Shown in pieces: positions 7,935 to 17,722 of a DNA stretch of 17,722 nt. How positions within the stretch are numbered: position 1 is the first letter of the stretch; every line of letters starts with the position of its first letter. The stretch is taken from positions 2,642-20,363 of the forward strand of contig JAVRLY010000021.1 in the NCBI GenBank assembly GCA_031960885.1. The letters are read 5' to 3'. A program made the position numbers and the translations under genes. The notes beneath the pieces were generated by a model that did no database searches, had not been told where the DNA came from, and saw only the letters and a program-made list of their open reading frames with translations. The DNA is from Desulfurella sp. Lineage in GTDB: Bacteria > Campylobacterota_A > Desulfurellia > Desulfurellales > Desulfurellaceae.

Positions 7935-10166
7935 ATGTCAAAAGAGAAGATATTTTGGACAAAAGTAGATGAAGCACCTTATTTAGCGACGTTTTCTTTG
8001 CTTCCAGCTGTAGAAAAATTCCTACAGTCAGCTGGTATTAGCGTAGAGATTAAAGACATCTCAGTTGCAGGCAGGATACTTGCAAATTTTCCAGAGTATT
8101 TGAAAGAAAATCAGAGGGTTTCAGATGATTTGGCTGAGCTTGCTGAATTGGTAAAATTACCAGATACTAATGTTATAAAATTGCCTAATATCAGTGCTTC
8201 TGTTCCGCAATTGGTTGCCGCAATTAAAGAATTACAAAATAAGGGCTACAATGTGCCAGATTATCCAGAAGATCCCAAAACAGAAGAAGAAAAGAAAATA
8301 AAAGATATCTATTCAAAAGTATTAGGTAGTGCTGTAAACCCAGTATTAAGGGAAGGCAATAATATCAGAGCTATATCTAAGTCTGTAAAAGAAAGTGCCA
8401 AAAAGTTTCCTGACTCTATGGGTTTACCATTAAAGCCTTGGAGCAAAGACTCTAAAACACATGTTGTTCATATGAGTGGTGGTGATTTTTATGAACACGA
8501 AAAGTCAATCGTAGCTGACAAACCAAAGAAAGTAAAAATTGAATTTGTAGATAACTCTGGCAACTCAAAAGTTTTGAAAGAAGTTTCTTTACAAGAAGGC
8601 GAAGTTTTTGATGGTACCTTTATGGATGTAGAAGCTTTGCAAAAATTCTTTGGTGATCAAATAAACAAAACAAATCAAGAAGGTATACTTTGGTCTTTGC
8701 ATCTTAAAGCAACGATGATGAAAGTGTCTGACCCTGTGATGTTTGGTTTTGCTGTAAAAGAGTATTACAAAGATATATTTAAGAAATATGAACAAACTTT
8801 CAAAGAAATTGGTGTCAATCCAAACAATGGTATAGCAGACGTGTACCAGAAAATTAAGAAATTACCAGAAGAAAAACAAAAAGAGATAGAGGCAGATATA
8901 CAAGCAGTTTATAAAAAAAATCCGTCATTGTTTATGGTTGATTCAGACAAAGGTATTACTAATCTCCATATGCCAAATCTTGTAATAATTGATGCATCGC
9001 TGCCAACAATAGTTAGAGATGGCGGGAAAGCTTGGGGTCCAGATGGAAAGCTTAGCGATGTTAAAGTAGTGATACCAGATAGATGTTATGCAACAATGTA
9101 CAAAGAAATTATTGAAGATTGCAAAAAAAATGGACAATTTGATAGAACAACAATGGGTTCTGTCACAAATATTGGTTTAATGGCAATGAAAGCTGAGGAA
9201 TATGGTTCGCATGATAAAACATTCATGGCGCCACAAAATGGTACTTTCAAGTTAATTGATGAGAATAATCAAGTTTTAATGGAACATAATGTCAAACAAG
9301 GTGATATTTGGAGGGGTTGTCAAGTAAAAGATGCAGCTGTAAAAAATTGGGTTCAGATTGCAGTAGAGCAGGCAAGACTTACCAAAACATCAACTGTTTT
9401 CTGGCTTGATGAAAATAGAGCCCATGATGCACAATTAATTAAAAAAGTCAATAAGTACTTAAAAGATTATGATACAAATGGTTTAGACATTCGTATTTTA
9501 AAACCTCAAGAGGCAATGAGATTTACAGTAGAAAAAGTAAGGAAAGGCGAAAACGCTATTGCAGTAACTGGTAACGTGTTGAGAGATTACTTAACAGACC
9601 TTTTTCCAATCTTGGAAGTAGGTACAAGTGCAAAAGTTCTTTCTATTATACCGCTTCTTGCTGGTGGTAGGGTATCTGAGGCTGGTGCAGGTGGTTCAGC
9701 CCCAAAGCATGTCGAACAATTTATAGAACAAGGTCATCTAAGATGGGATTCAACAGCAGAATTTACCGCAATTACTACTGCTTTGAGATTCTTTGAAGAA
9801 AAATATCAAGACAAAAAAGCAAAAATTCTGGCTGATACTTCTGAGAATGCATTAACCAAACTTTTAGAAAACAAGCAATGGCCTGGTAGAAAACCTGGTG
9901 AATTGGATAATAGAGGGCAACATTACTATTTTGTGAAGTATTGGGCTGAAAGTTTATCATCACAAAGCGAAGACAAAGACTTGCAAGCTCAATTTTTAAA
10001 AATATCCAAAAAGCTTACAGAAAATGAATCAAAAATTATTGAAGAGTTTAAGTCAGCTGCTGGTAAACCTGCTAATATCAATGGATATTATTTTCCAGAT
10101 GAGGATAAAGTTACCATTGAGATGAGACCAAGTAAAACATTTAATTCTATAATAGATTCAATCTAA
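7935..10166 (+). CDS. icd: Monomeric isocitrate dehydrogenase, probably NADP-dependent
   Basis: 743 aa; [96 protein letters not shown]. Confidence 0.97.
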   Translation: MSKEKIFWTKVDEAPYLATFSLLPAVEKFLQSAGISVEIKDISVAGRILANFPEYLKENQRVSDDLAELAELVKLPDTNVIKLPNISASVPQLVAAIKELQNKGYNVPDYPEDPKTEEEKKIKDIYSKVLGSAVNPVLREGNNIRAISKSVKESAKKFPDSMGLPLKPWSKDSKTHVVHMSGGDFYEHEKSIVADKPKKVKIEFVDNSGNSKVLKEVSLQEGEVFDGTFMDVEALQKFFGDQINKTNQEGILWSLHLKATMMKVSDPVMFGFAVKEYYKDIFKKYEQTFKEIGVNPNNGIADVYQKIKKLPEEKQKEIEADIQAVYKKNPSLFMVDSDKGITNLHMPNLVIIDASLPTIVRDGGKAWGPDGKLSDVKVVIPDRCYATMYKEIIEDCKKNGQFDRTTMGSVTNIGLMAMKAEEYGSHDKTFMAPQNGTFKLIDENNQVLMEHNVKQGDIWRGCQVKDAAVKNWVQIAVEQARLTKTSTVFWLDENRAHDAQLIKKVNKYLKDYDTNGLDIRILKPQEAMRFTVEKVRKGENAIAVTGNVLRDYLTDLFPILEVGTSAKVLSIIPLLAGGRVSEAGAGGSAPKHVEQFIEQGHLRWDSTAEFTAITTALRFFEEKYQDKKAKILADTSENALTKLLENKQWPGRKPGELDNRGQHYYFVKYWAESLSSQSEDKDLQAQFLKISKKLTENESKIIEEFKSAAGKPANINGYYFPDEDKVTIEMRPSKTFNSIIDSI

Positions 10167-10185
10167 TTTTAAAAGGAGATGAAAG

Positions 10186-10458
10186 ATGGCAGAAGAACGA
10201 TTACCTGTTGTAGTTAATGAGTCTTTATGTACAGCTTGTGGTATATGTATTAAAGTATGCCCAAAAAATGTACTCGAGCTTGTGGAAGATTTACATGTTT
10301 GGACCGGTGCTATGTGTAAAGTGATGCGACCAGAGGATTGTATTAGGTGTAAGTTTTGTGAAAATGCTTGTCCTCATTTTGCAATTGATGTAGTTGATAT
10401 TGGTTTTGAATTAACATTTAAAGATAGTAAAGGCAATGTTGTGACCAAATCTAAATAA
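10186..10458 (+). CDS. korD: 2-oxoglutarate:ferredoxin oxidoreductase delta subunit (2x[4Fe-4S] ferredoxin)
   Basis: CTACGICIKVCP and CIRCKFCENACP; SD AAGGAG; first gene of the oxidoreductase cluster. Confidence 0.88.
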   Translation: MAEERLPVVVNESLCTACGICIKVCPKNVLELVEDLHVWTGAMCKVMRPEDCIRCKFCENACPHFAIDVVDIGFELTFKDSKGNVVTKSK

Positions 10459-10469
10459 AAGGGGGAAAA

Positions 10470-11609
10470 ATGTCTAACGTAGAAATAGCAAATGGTAATG
10501 AGCTAGTTGCAGAAGCAGCAATTGCTGCAGGTTGTAGATTTTATGCAGGCTATCCTATAACGCCCTCAAGTGAAATCCCAGAGCATTTATCTAAGAGAAT
10601 GCCCGAAGTTGGTGGCGTTTTTATGCAGTTTGAAGATGAAATTGCAAGTATTATAGCGGCAGTTGGGGCAAGTTATGCAGGTTATAAATCAATGACTGCT
10701 ACAAGTGGTCCTGGTTTATCATTAAAACAAGAAGGCTTAGGTCTTGCGTGCATGATGGAATTGCCACTTGTCATAGTTGATGTTATGAGAGGTGGGCCTT
10801 CCACAGGTTTGCCAACGCGTGTTTCACAGTCGGATTATATGCAAGCACGCTGGGGTACACATGGAGATCATATGATTATTGCACTTGCTCCATCAACCCT
10901 TATAGAAACTTACACAGAAACAATCAGAGCATTCAATTTAGCAGAAAAGTATAGAACGCCTGTTTTATTATTAACAGACGCAGTCCTTGCGCACTTACAC
11001 GGTAGAGTTGAGGTTCCAGATATTTCTAATTTCGAGATTATTGAAAGGACACAGCCAACTGTAGCACCAGAAGAATATTACCCATATGATGTTGAGCGCT
11101 TTGGCGTAGTTCCACCTTTGCCAAATAAAGAAAATTGGAAGAAGTACAAATTCCACATGACTGGTTTAAATAAAGATAAAACAGGTTTTCCTACAGTAGA
11201 TGTAAAAAAAGTAGAAGATGATGAAGAGCGAATGATTAACAAAATAATGAATAATATAAAAGATATTGAGAGTTTTGAATATTACAAAGTTGACGATGCA
11301 GATTTGCTTGTTGTAGCATACGGTACTAATGCAACAGCAGCAAGGGTTGCAATAGATGAAGCTAGATCAAAAGGTCTAAAAGTCGGTATGTTTAGGCCTA
11401 TCACTGTTTGGCCATTTCCAGAAACACAAATTTTTGATTTAAGTAAAAAATTTAAAAAAATATTAGTTAGTGAAATTAACTTGGGACAGATGCTTTATGA
11501 GGTTCAAAGAGCCGTAAAAGGAAATTCAGAAATATTTACAGTTTTACAAGCAGCTGGAGTTCCTATTAGGCCTCAGCAGATACTTTCAAAAATCGAGGAG
11601 GTAATCTAA
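10470..11609 (+). CDS. korA: 2-oxoglutarate:ferredoxin oxidoreductase alpha subunit
   Basis: GNE..A, AGYPITPSSEI, EDEIAS, TATSGPG, RGGPSTGLPT, RWGTHGD; substrate inferred from motifs and icd adjacency. Confidence 0.92.
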   Translation: MSNVEIANGNELVAEAAIAAGCRFYAGYPITPSSEIPEHLSKRMPEVGGVFMQFEDEIASIIAAVGASYAGYKSMTATSGPGLSLKQEGLGLACMMELPLVIVDVMRGGPSTGLPTRVSQSDYMQARWGTHGDHMIIALAPSTLIETYTETIRAFNLAEKYRTPVLLLTDAVLAHLHGRVEVPDISNFEIIERTQPTVAPEEYYPYDVERFGVVPPLPNKENWKKYKFHMTGLNKDKTGFPTVDVKKVEDDEERMINKIMNNIKDIESFEYYKVDDADLLVVAYGTNATAARVAIDEARSKGLKVGMFRPITVWPFPETQIFDLSKKFKKILVSEINLGQMLYEVQRAVKGNSEIFTVLQAAGVPIRPQQILSKIEEVI

Positions 11610-12431
11610 ATGAGTGTTGACTATTCAAAATATTTAAGAATGGATAAATTGCCACTATACTGGTGTCCGGGTTGTGGTAATGGTACCGTTTTAAAAGCTT
11701 TGATTACTGCTATTGATGAGCTTGGTTGGGACAACAATGATATAGCTATGGTATCGGGTATTGGATGTTCTGCAAGAGGTACTGGCTATGTTAATTTTCA
11801 CACACTGCATACGCTTCACGGCAGGGCAATACCAGCTGCAACAGCTATAAAGATGTGTCATCCAGATATGCATGTTATAGTATTTTCAGGCGATGGTGAT
11901 ATGACAGCTATTGGAGGAAACCATTTTATACATGCTTGTAGAAGAAATATTGACATTACACTCATTGTTGTTGATAACTGGATTTATGGTATGACAGGTG
12001 GTCAATACTCGCCGCTAACCCCTACTGGCACAAAGGCGTCAACAATGCCAAGAGGTAATATTGATCCGACTTTTAATGTGGTAGAATTGGCAAAAGGTGC
12101 TGGTGCTACATTTGTAGCAAGGGGTTCAGTTGCAGAGCCTGTACCTTTAAAAAATTATATAAAGAAAGCATTGGAACATAAAGGCACAAGTGTTATTGAT
12201 GCTATTTCTAACTGTCATATACAATGGGGCAGAAGAAATAAATTCGGTGATCCAGTAAAACTTGTTGATTATATAAAAAGTGTTACAATTAGCCAGGCAA
12301 AATCTGCAAAACTAAGCAATGAAGAGCTTGAGGGAAAATATATAACCGGTGTTTTTGTGGATGATTCAACAAAGAAAGAATACACACAAAGCTACAAAGA
12401 GCTTATTGAAAAAGCTCAAGCTAAGGCTTAA
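11610..12431 (+). CDS. korB: 2-oxoglutarate:ferredoxin oxidoreductase beta subunit
   Basis: WCPGCG, SGIGCS, HTLHGRA, TPP motif GDGD...N, YGMTGGQYSP. Confidence 0.92.
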   Translation: MSVDYSKYLRMDKLPLYWCPGCGNGTVLKALITAIDELGWDNNDIAMVSGIGCSARGTGYVNFHTLHTLHGRAIPAATAIKMCHPDMHVIVFSGDGDMTAIGGNHFIHACRRNIDITLIVVDNWIYGMTGGQYSPLTPTGTKASTMPRGNIDPTFNVVELAKGAGATFVARGSVAEPVPLKNYIKKALEHKGTSVIDAISNCHIQWGRRNKFGDPVKLVDYIKSVTISQAKSAKLSNEELEGKYITGVFVDDSTKKEYTQSYKELIEKAQAKA

Positions 12432-12442
12432 AGGAGATTAAT

Positions 12443-13009
12443 ATGGGATTGCATTATGAATTAAGATTCGTTGGAATAGGCGGGCAAGGCAATATGCTTG
12501 CTGGCACAATTATAGCAGAGACAGCAGTGTATTATGAAAATAAGTATGCTACTCAAGTTCCTACTTATACATCACAAGTTCGTGGTGGTCCAACAAAGGC
12601 TGATGTTATAATCTCGGATGAGCCTATACAGTTTGCAGAGGCAACAAACATAGATTTTTTACTTGCACTTGATCAAAAAACCTATGATATGTATAAAAAA
12701 GATTTAAAAAATGGCGCAATAGTGCTTGTAGATAGTGGTCTTGTCAATGTACCAGAAGAAGATCATAAGAAATGGGATATTTATGGTTATCCAATTGTTA
12801 AAACAGCAAAATACGATATAGGTAATGTAGTTACGGCAAACATCGTAGCTGTAGGTATGACAGTTGAATTAACTGGTATCTTTGATAAAGAAAATGTAAA
12901 GAAGGCTATAGCCGATAGAGTGCCAGCTGCTTTTTTAGACCTAAATATGAAAGCATATGAAACCGGCATTGAAATCGCTAAAAAATTAAAATCTGAAAAA
13001 GGAAAATAA
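12443..13009 (+). CDS. korC: 2-oxoglutarate:ferredoxin oxidoreductase gamma subunit
   Basis: GIGGQG, YTSQVRGGPT, ANIVAVG, N.KAY..G; SD AAGGAG. Confidence 0.9.
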   Translation: MGLHYELRFVGIGGQGNMLAGTIIAETAVYYENKYATQVPTYTSQVRGGPTKADVIISDEPIQFAEATNIDFLLALDQKTYDMYKKDLKNGAIVLVDSGLVNVPEEDHKKWDIYGYPIVKTAKYDIGNVVTANIVAVGMTVELTGIFDKENVKKAIADRVPAAFLDLNMKAYETGIEIAKKLKSEKGK

Positions 13010-13025
13010 AAACTTTTTTAAAGTT

Positions 13026-13056
13026 AAAAAGAAGGGTATTTATCCCTTCTTTTTTT
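13026..13056 (+). terminator. Intrinsic terminator after korC
   Basis: AAAAAGAAGGG - TATTTAT - CCCTTCTTTTTTT hairpin with U7 tail. Confidence 0.8.
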
Positions 13057-13076
13057 ATAAAAAAAGAGGAGGTGAT

Positions 13077-13919
13077 ATGAACCCAGAAATTTGGTTTACT
13101 GAAAAGTATGGAGATGATGCAGGTTTAACATTTAAAGTAAAAAAAATTTTGACTACACAGCAAAGCTCGTATCAAAGACTAGACATAATTGAAACATATA
13201 AGTATGGTAGATTAATGTTACTTGATGGTCTTGTCATGCTAACACAAAAAGATGAATTCGTTTATCATGAGATGATTACTGCACCTGCTGTTATGTCTTT
13301 AAAGAATAGAAAAAAAGCATTAATAATTGGTGGTGGGGATGGTGGTACTGCCAGAGAACTAACTAAGTATGATTTTGAAAAAATAATCGAAGTCGAGATA
13401 GATGAAGTTGTAGTAGAAAATTCAAAAAAGTTTTTAGATTTTACTGCATGTGGTTATAGTGATAAACGCGTTGAAGTAATAATAGGCGATGGTGTTGAGT
13501 TTGTAAAAAATACAAAAGAAAAATTTGATTTAGTTATTATAGATTCTACTGACCCATTTGGTGCTGCAGAAGGTCTTTTTAGCGGTCAATTTTACAGCGA
13601 TGTATATAATATACTAAGCGACGATGGAATTGTCGTTGCACAAGCAGAGAATCCTTACTATAACCCAGATTGGTTTTTAAAATCAAGAAAAAATATGCAA
13701 AAAGCCTTTGGCTCAAATACGTTTAATTATTGCGCATTTATTCCAACATACCCATCTGGAATGTGGCTATTTTCTGTCGGTTATAAAAATATAGAATTAC
13801 ATAATTTTTTTAATGAAGAATTATATAAAAACGTATCTCATACATATAAATACTATAACGCTCAAATACATAAGGCTTGTTTTGCTTTGCCTCAATTTGT
13901 TTTAGAAATAATAAAATAA
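13077..13919 (+). CDS. speE: Polyamine aminopropyltransferase (spermidine synthase)
   Basis: WFTE, LLDG.VMLT.KDEFVYHEM, LIIGGGDGGT.RE, VEID, DLVIIDSTDP, IPTYPSG.W; SD GAGGAGG. Confidence 0.95.
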   Translation: MNPEIWFTEKYGDDAGLTFKVKKILTTQQSSYQRLDIIETYKYGRLMLLDGLVMLTQKDEFVYHEMITAPAVMSLKNRKKALIIGGGDGGTARELTKYDFEKIIEVEIDEVVVENSKKFLDFTACGYSDKRVEVIIGDGVEFVKNTKEKFDLVIIDSTDPFGAAEGLFSGQFYSDVYNILSDDGIVVAQAENPYYNPDWFLKSRKNMQKAFGSNTFNYCAFIPTYPSGMWLFSVGYKNIELHNFFNEELYKNVSHTYKYYNAQIHKACFALPQFVLEIIK

Positions 13920-13946
13920 TTATTTTTTATATAGAAGGTGATTAGT

Positions 13947-15248
13947 ATGGAAAGAATATCTGTGCTTGGAACTGGTTACGTTGGTTTAGTTACTGGTAGC
14001 TGTTTTGCTTATTTGGGACATAAGGTTATTTGTCTTGATATAAACGAAGAAAAAATAAAAAAGCTTAAAAAAGGCGAGATTCCTATTTATGAACCACAAT
14101 TAGATAGAATTTTAGCAGTAGCTGTAGAGTCTAACAATATTGAATTTACAACTGATTATGACTATGCTATTAAAAATTCTGATTTTATTTTTATAGCTGT
14201 TGGCACTCCATCTGCGCCTGATGGTTCAGCAGATTTGAGCTTTGTAAGTCAAGCGTTAAAGACAATTGCTTATTACATAACAGAAAATGACTTTAAGATT
14301 ATCGTTAATAAATCAACTGTTCCTGTGGGGACGGGTAGGTGGGCTAGCGCCTTAGTTGCTGATGAGTTATTAAAAAAAGGAGTACGAGAACCAGAAAAAC
14401 ATTTTTGTGTTGTATCAAACCCAGAATTTTTGAGGGAAGGTAAAGCTGTAGAAGATTTTATGAACCCAGATAGAATTGTAATTGGAAGTGATAATAAAGA
14501 CATTGCATTAAAAACTGCTTCACTTTACTCAACTCTAAATCCACCAATGATAATAACCAATCTTCCTACTGCTGAAATGATAAAGTATGCGTCAAATGCT
14601 TTTTTAGCAACAAAAATTTCTTTCATAAACGAAATGGCTAATTTAAGTGAAAAAATTGGTGCAGATATTGAAATAGTATCAAAAGGTATGGGTTTGGATA
14701 AACGCATAGGACCATATTTTTTGAAAGCAGGCTTAGGTTTTGGAGGCTCATGTTTTCCTAAAGATGTGAAAGCTTTAATACATACATCAAAGAAATACAG
14801 CATTGATCCTACCATTTTGGAAGCAGTAATAAAAGTTAACGAGCAACAAAAGATTAAGCCAATAGAAATACTTAAAAAAGCCAATGTAAATTTAGACAAA
14901 GCACGTGTTGCCTTGTGGGGTTTAGCTTTTAAACCAGACACAGATGATATAAGAGAAGCTGCTTCACTAAATATAATTAGTGAACTATTAAATTACAATG
15001 CAACCATCTATGCATATGACCCTATTGTCAAAGATATACCAATCAAGGATAAAAGAATAAATATTTTAAGCGATAAGTATAAAGCCTTAGAAAATGCAGA
15101 TATACTAATTTTAGTCACAGAATGGGAAGAATTTAAAAATGTAGAGTTTAAGCGATTTAAAGATAAAATAGTAATAGATGGTCGAAATATTTGGGAAAAG
15201 AATATACTCAAAAAATACGCAAAAGCGTGTTTTAGTATTGGTAGATGA
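13947..15248 (+). CDS. ugd: UDP-glucose/GDP-mannose dehydrogenase family protein
   Basis: GTGYVG, FIAVGTP, KSTVPVGT, NPEFLREG, GFGGSCFPKD (catalytic Cys), GLAFKPDTDDIRE. ATG 13947 is preferred because the GTG at 13938 lies inside the SD GAAGGTGA. Confidence 0.93.
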   Translation: MERISVLGTGYVGLVTGSCFAYLGHKVICLDINEEKIKKLKKGEIPIYEPQLDRILAVAVESNNIEFTTDYDYAIKNSDFIFIAVGTPSAPDGSADLSFVSQALKTIAYYITENDFKIIVNKSTVPVGTGRWASALVADELLKKGVREPEKHFCVVSNPEFLREGKAVEDFMNPDRIVIGSDNKDIALKTASLYSTLNPPMIITNLPTAEMIKYASNAFLATKISFINEMANLSEKIGADIEIVSKGMGLDKRIGPYFLKAGLGFGGSCFPKDVKALIHTSKKYSIDPTILEAVIKVNEQQKIKPIEILKKANVNLDKARVALWGLAFKPDTDDIREAASLNIISELLNYNATIYAYDPIVKDIPIKDKRINILSDKYKALENADILILVTEWEEFKNVEFKRFKDKIVIDGRNIWEKNILKKYAKACFSIGR

Positions 15249-16525
15249 AAGAAAAACTCTATTATATTTGTTCTAATTGTGGTTTTAAAACAACAAAGTG
15301 GGCAGGCAAGTGTCCCAATTGTGGTCAGTGGAATACATTAAAACAAGAGCCTACAACGAAAGAAAAAAGTTCCAAGCTAAATATTGTCACATTAGATAAG
15401 CTTGATTCAACAGAAACGCTTTTTTTTAAAACTAACCAGAAATACATTGACGATTTTTTAGGCAATGGTTTAGTATGCGGCGGTGTTTATTTAATAGCTG
15501 GTTCTCCTGGCATTGGTAAATCTACTTTGCTTTTGCAACTTTCTAAGTATTTGATCGAAAATAACAATAAAGTTTTGTATGTTAGTGCAGAAGAATCTGC
15601 CAGTCAGCTAAGTTTGAAAGCTAAAAGGTTAAATAGCAAGATACCGGTTTGTGAATCAAATGATTTAGATGAAATAATACTTGCCATAAAGCAAGATTTT
15701 GATGTAATAGTTGTGGATTCCATACATACAATTCATTTTTCAGATATCGATTCATTTGCAGGCAGCATTAATCAGGTAAAATATTGTGCTTTAAGGCTAA
15801 TTGAAACAGCAAAAGAACACAATAAAACATTAATTATTGTAAGCCATATAACAAAAGAAGGTGTTGTAGCTGGGCCAAAGGCACTTGAACATTTGGTAGA
15901 TGCAGTTTTTTATCTAGAAAGCGATGATAAGTATGGCTATAGGCTGCTTAGAGCAACAAAGAATCGTTTTTCAAGCACAGAACCGGTAGTAATTTTCCAA
16001 ATGACTCAAAGCGGCTTAAAAATTGTAGAAGACGCTTTTTTAACGTATATTGAAGATACAAAAGAAGCAGAAGGCAGAGCAATTGGCGCTATTTTGGAAG
16101 GTTCGTATTTGATGTTTATAGAGATTCAATCACTGTGCGTAAAAAGTCCATTTGGGATGCCACGAAGAACGAGTGTTGGTTTTGATTTAAACCGTTTAAA
16201 TATGCTTTTGGCTGTAATAGAAAAACGCCTTGGTTTACCTATGTTTGAGTTTGATGTATATTTGAATGTTATTGGTGGATTTAAAATAAATAATACATTT
16301 GTAGACATGGCTGTTGTGGCTAGCATCATTTCATCTGTAAAAAGCATTGTCATTAAAAATGAAAATGTTTTCTTAGGCGAGATTGATTTATTGGGTAATG
16401 TTAGAAAAATTAAATTGCCGCACACACTCAAGCAAAAGATTAAAGATACAAATATTAAGTTATTTACATACGAGAACATGCCAAATATTAATAGTTTATT
16501 ACAAATTATTGGGCAAGGTCATTGA
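15245..16525 (+). CDS. radA: DNA repair protein RadA/Sms
   Basis: C4 zinc finger CSNCG...WAGKCPNCGQWN, Walker A GSPGIGKS, HITKEG.VAGPKALEHLVD, KNRF, Lon-like C-terminal domain. Confidence 0.95.
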   Translation: MKEKLYYICSNCGFKTTKWAGKCPNCGQWNTLKQEPTTKEKSSKLNIVTLDKLDSTETLFFKTNQKYIDDFLGNGLVCGGVYLIAGSPGIGKSTLLLQLSKYLIENNNKVLYVSAEESASQLSLKAKRLNSKIPVCESNDLDEIILAIKQDFDVIVVDSIHTIHFSDIDSFAGSINQVKYCALRLIETAKEHNKTLIIVSHITKEGVVAGPKALEHLVDAVFYLESDDKYGYRLLRATKNRFSSTEPVVIFQMTQSGLKIVEDAFLTYIEDTKEAEGRAIGAILEGSYLMFIEIQSLCVKSPFGMPRRTSVGFDLNRLNMLLAVIEKRLGLPMFEFDVYLNVIGGFKINNTFVDMAVVASIISSVKSIVIKNENVFLGEIDLLGNVRKIKLPHTLKQKIKDTNIKLFTYENMPNINSLLQIIGQGH

Positions 16526-16859
16526 AACTCTTTGCTAAAATTTGCATGTAAGTGTATGCACTAAAACCCCCAAACGCTACAGCAAGCCAGCCTGCATCAA
16601 ATATTTCATCTTTACTAGCACCATTTTTTAAAGCTAAGTCTACACTGTATGTTATACACCATTTGCATTGTTTTTGGACAGATAAAGCTATAGATATCAA
16701 CGCCTTAGTTTTTGTGTCTAACGAGTTACTTTTATATACGCTATCAATGAAATGTTTAAATGCAGCGCCTTGCTCTTTTGATACATTATCAATTTCATTA
16801 AAGTTGTGTTCCATATCCGCTATGAGGTCTTTTGCATTTTTTATGGTTTTTGGTTTCAT
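16506..16859 (-). CDS. Carboxymuconolactone decarboxylase/AhpD-family protein
   Basis: LDTKTKALISIALS...CKWCI...ALKNGASKDEI pattern; SD AGGGGG overlapping the upstream gene's TAG stop. Confidence 0.88.
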   Translation of the reverse strand: MKPKTIKNAKDLIADMEHNFNEIDNVSKEQGAAFKHFIDSVYKSNSLDTKTKALISIALSVQKQCKWCITYSVDLALKNGASKDEIFDAGWLAVAFGGFSAYTYMQILAKSFNDLAQ

Positions 16860-16867
16860 GTATCCCC

Positions 16868-17722
16868 CTATTTGAAATATTTATCCCATTTTTTGTCAAC
16901 TAAATCTTTAATTTCTTTAGGCATTTGTATGTCATCTGGCCACTCTCTCAAAAAACCTTCTGATTTAAGTTTTTTAGTCGCATCTATGCCCAATTTTGAG
17001 CCCATTTGAGCTAAATTTGATGCATGGTCTAAGACATCAATGGGTCCTTTTGTAAATATAATGTCCCTTTGAGGATCAATATTGTTACCAAGTCGCCAAA
17101 TCACTTCAGAAATATTTTGAACATCTACGTTTTCATCAAAAACAACTATAATTTTGGTTAAACTCATCATCCCAAGCCCCCATAGTGCGTTTATAACTTT
17201 AAAAGCATGTCCGGGGAATTGTTTTTTGATTGATACAAAAGCGAAGTTATGAAATATGCCTTCAATTGGTAAGTTAATATCTACAATCTCTGGCAAGATT
17301 TTTTGAATAATGGGTAAAAATAAGCGTTCTGTAGCTTTTCCTAAATAAGCATCTTCCATTGGTGGTTTTCCAACTATTGTTGCCGGATAAATTGGATGTT
17401 TTTTTCTCGTTATGCGCACTATATGAAAAACGGGGTAATAATCTGCTAGAGAATAGTAACCTGTGTGATCACCAAATGGGCCTTCAAGTGCTAATTCGTT
17501 TGGGTCAACAAAACCTTCTAAAACAATTTCTGCGTTGGCTGGCACGTACAAATCGTCGTACAATGTGGATTTTACTAATTCAACACCATCTTTTCTCAAA
17601 AAAGACGCAAAAAGCATTTCGTCGATATCTTCTGGAAGAGGTGCTGTAGCAGAATAAATTGTAATAGGGTCAGCACCTATCGCCACACAAACGGGCATTT
17701 TTTGATTTTTTTCCTTGTAATA
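16868..17722 (-). CDS. ubiD: UbiD-family decarboxylase, probably the menaquinone (futalosine) pathway enzyme; 5' end outside window
   Basis: Frame open to the window edge (YYKEKNQKMPV...); EIVLEG, EGPFGDHTGYYS, GKPPMED, VSIKKQFPGHA, LDHAS, KLGIDATKK. Confidence 0.93.
   Translation of the reverse strand, partial: YYKEKNQKMPVCVAIGADPITIYSATAPLPEDIDEMLFASFLRKDGVELVKSTLYDDLYVPANAEIVLEGFVDPNELALEGPFGDHTGYYSLADYYPVFHIVRITRKKHPIYPATIVGKPPMEDAYLGKATERLFLPIIQKILPEIVDINLPIEGIFHNFAFVSIKKQFPGHAFKVINALWGLGMMSLTKIIVVFDENVDVQNISEVIWRLGNNIDPQRDIIFTKGPIDVLDHASNLAQMGSKLGIDATKKLKSEGFLREWPDDIQMPKEIKDLVDKKWDKYFK

Overview
AT-rich, gene-dense bacterial chromosomal window with no rRNA, tRNA, CRISPR array or mobile element detected. 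Gene content and low GC suggest a Desulfurella-like diderm anaerobe of the Campylobacterota (inference). + strand, in order: ispG 3' end, TPR lipoprotein, lytic transglycosylase, probable membrane hypothetical, MqnP/UbiA prenyltransferase, degenerate PilZ-like protein, DUF2802/DUF6115-like protein and glnB, all overlapping as one chain. Next come a small lipoprotein with its own promoter and terminator, murT-gatD, icd plus four-subunit 2-oxoglutarate:ferredoxin oxidoreductase (korDABC), speE, ugd and radA. The - strand carries a partial UbiD/MqnL decarboxylase and a CMD/AhpD-family gene. The most unusual element is the 106-aa lipoprotein at 5262-5582: 16 consecutive X-X-Thr triplets, 12 of them N-X-T glycosylation sequons, and a terminal VEGC. 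It lies directly upstream of a MurT/GatD peptidoglycan amidotransferase pair best known from Gram-positive bacteria, making the three genes a candidate undescribed cell-envelope module.
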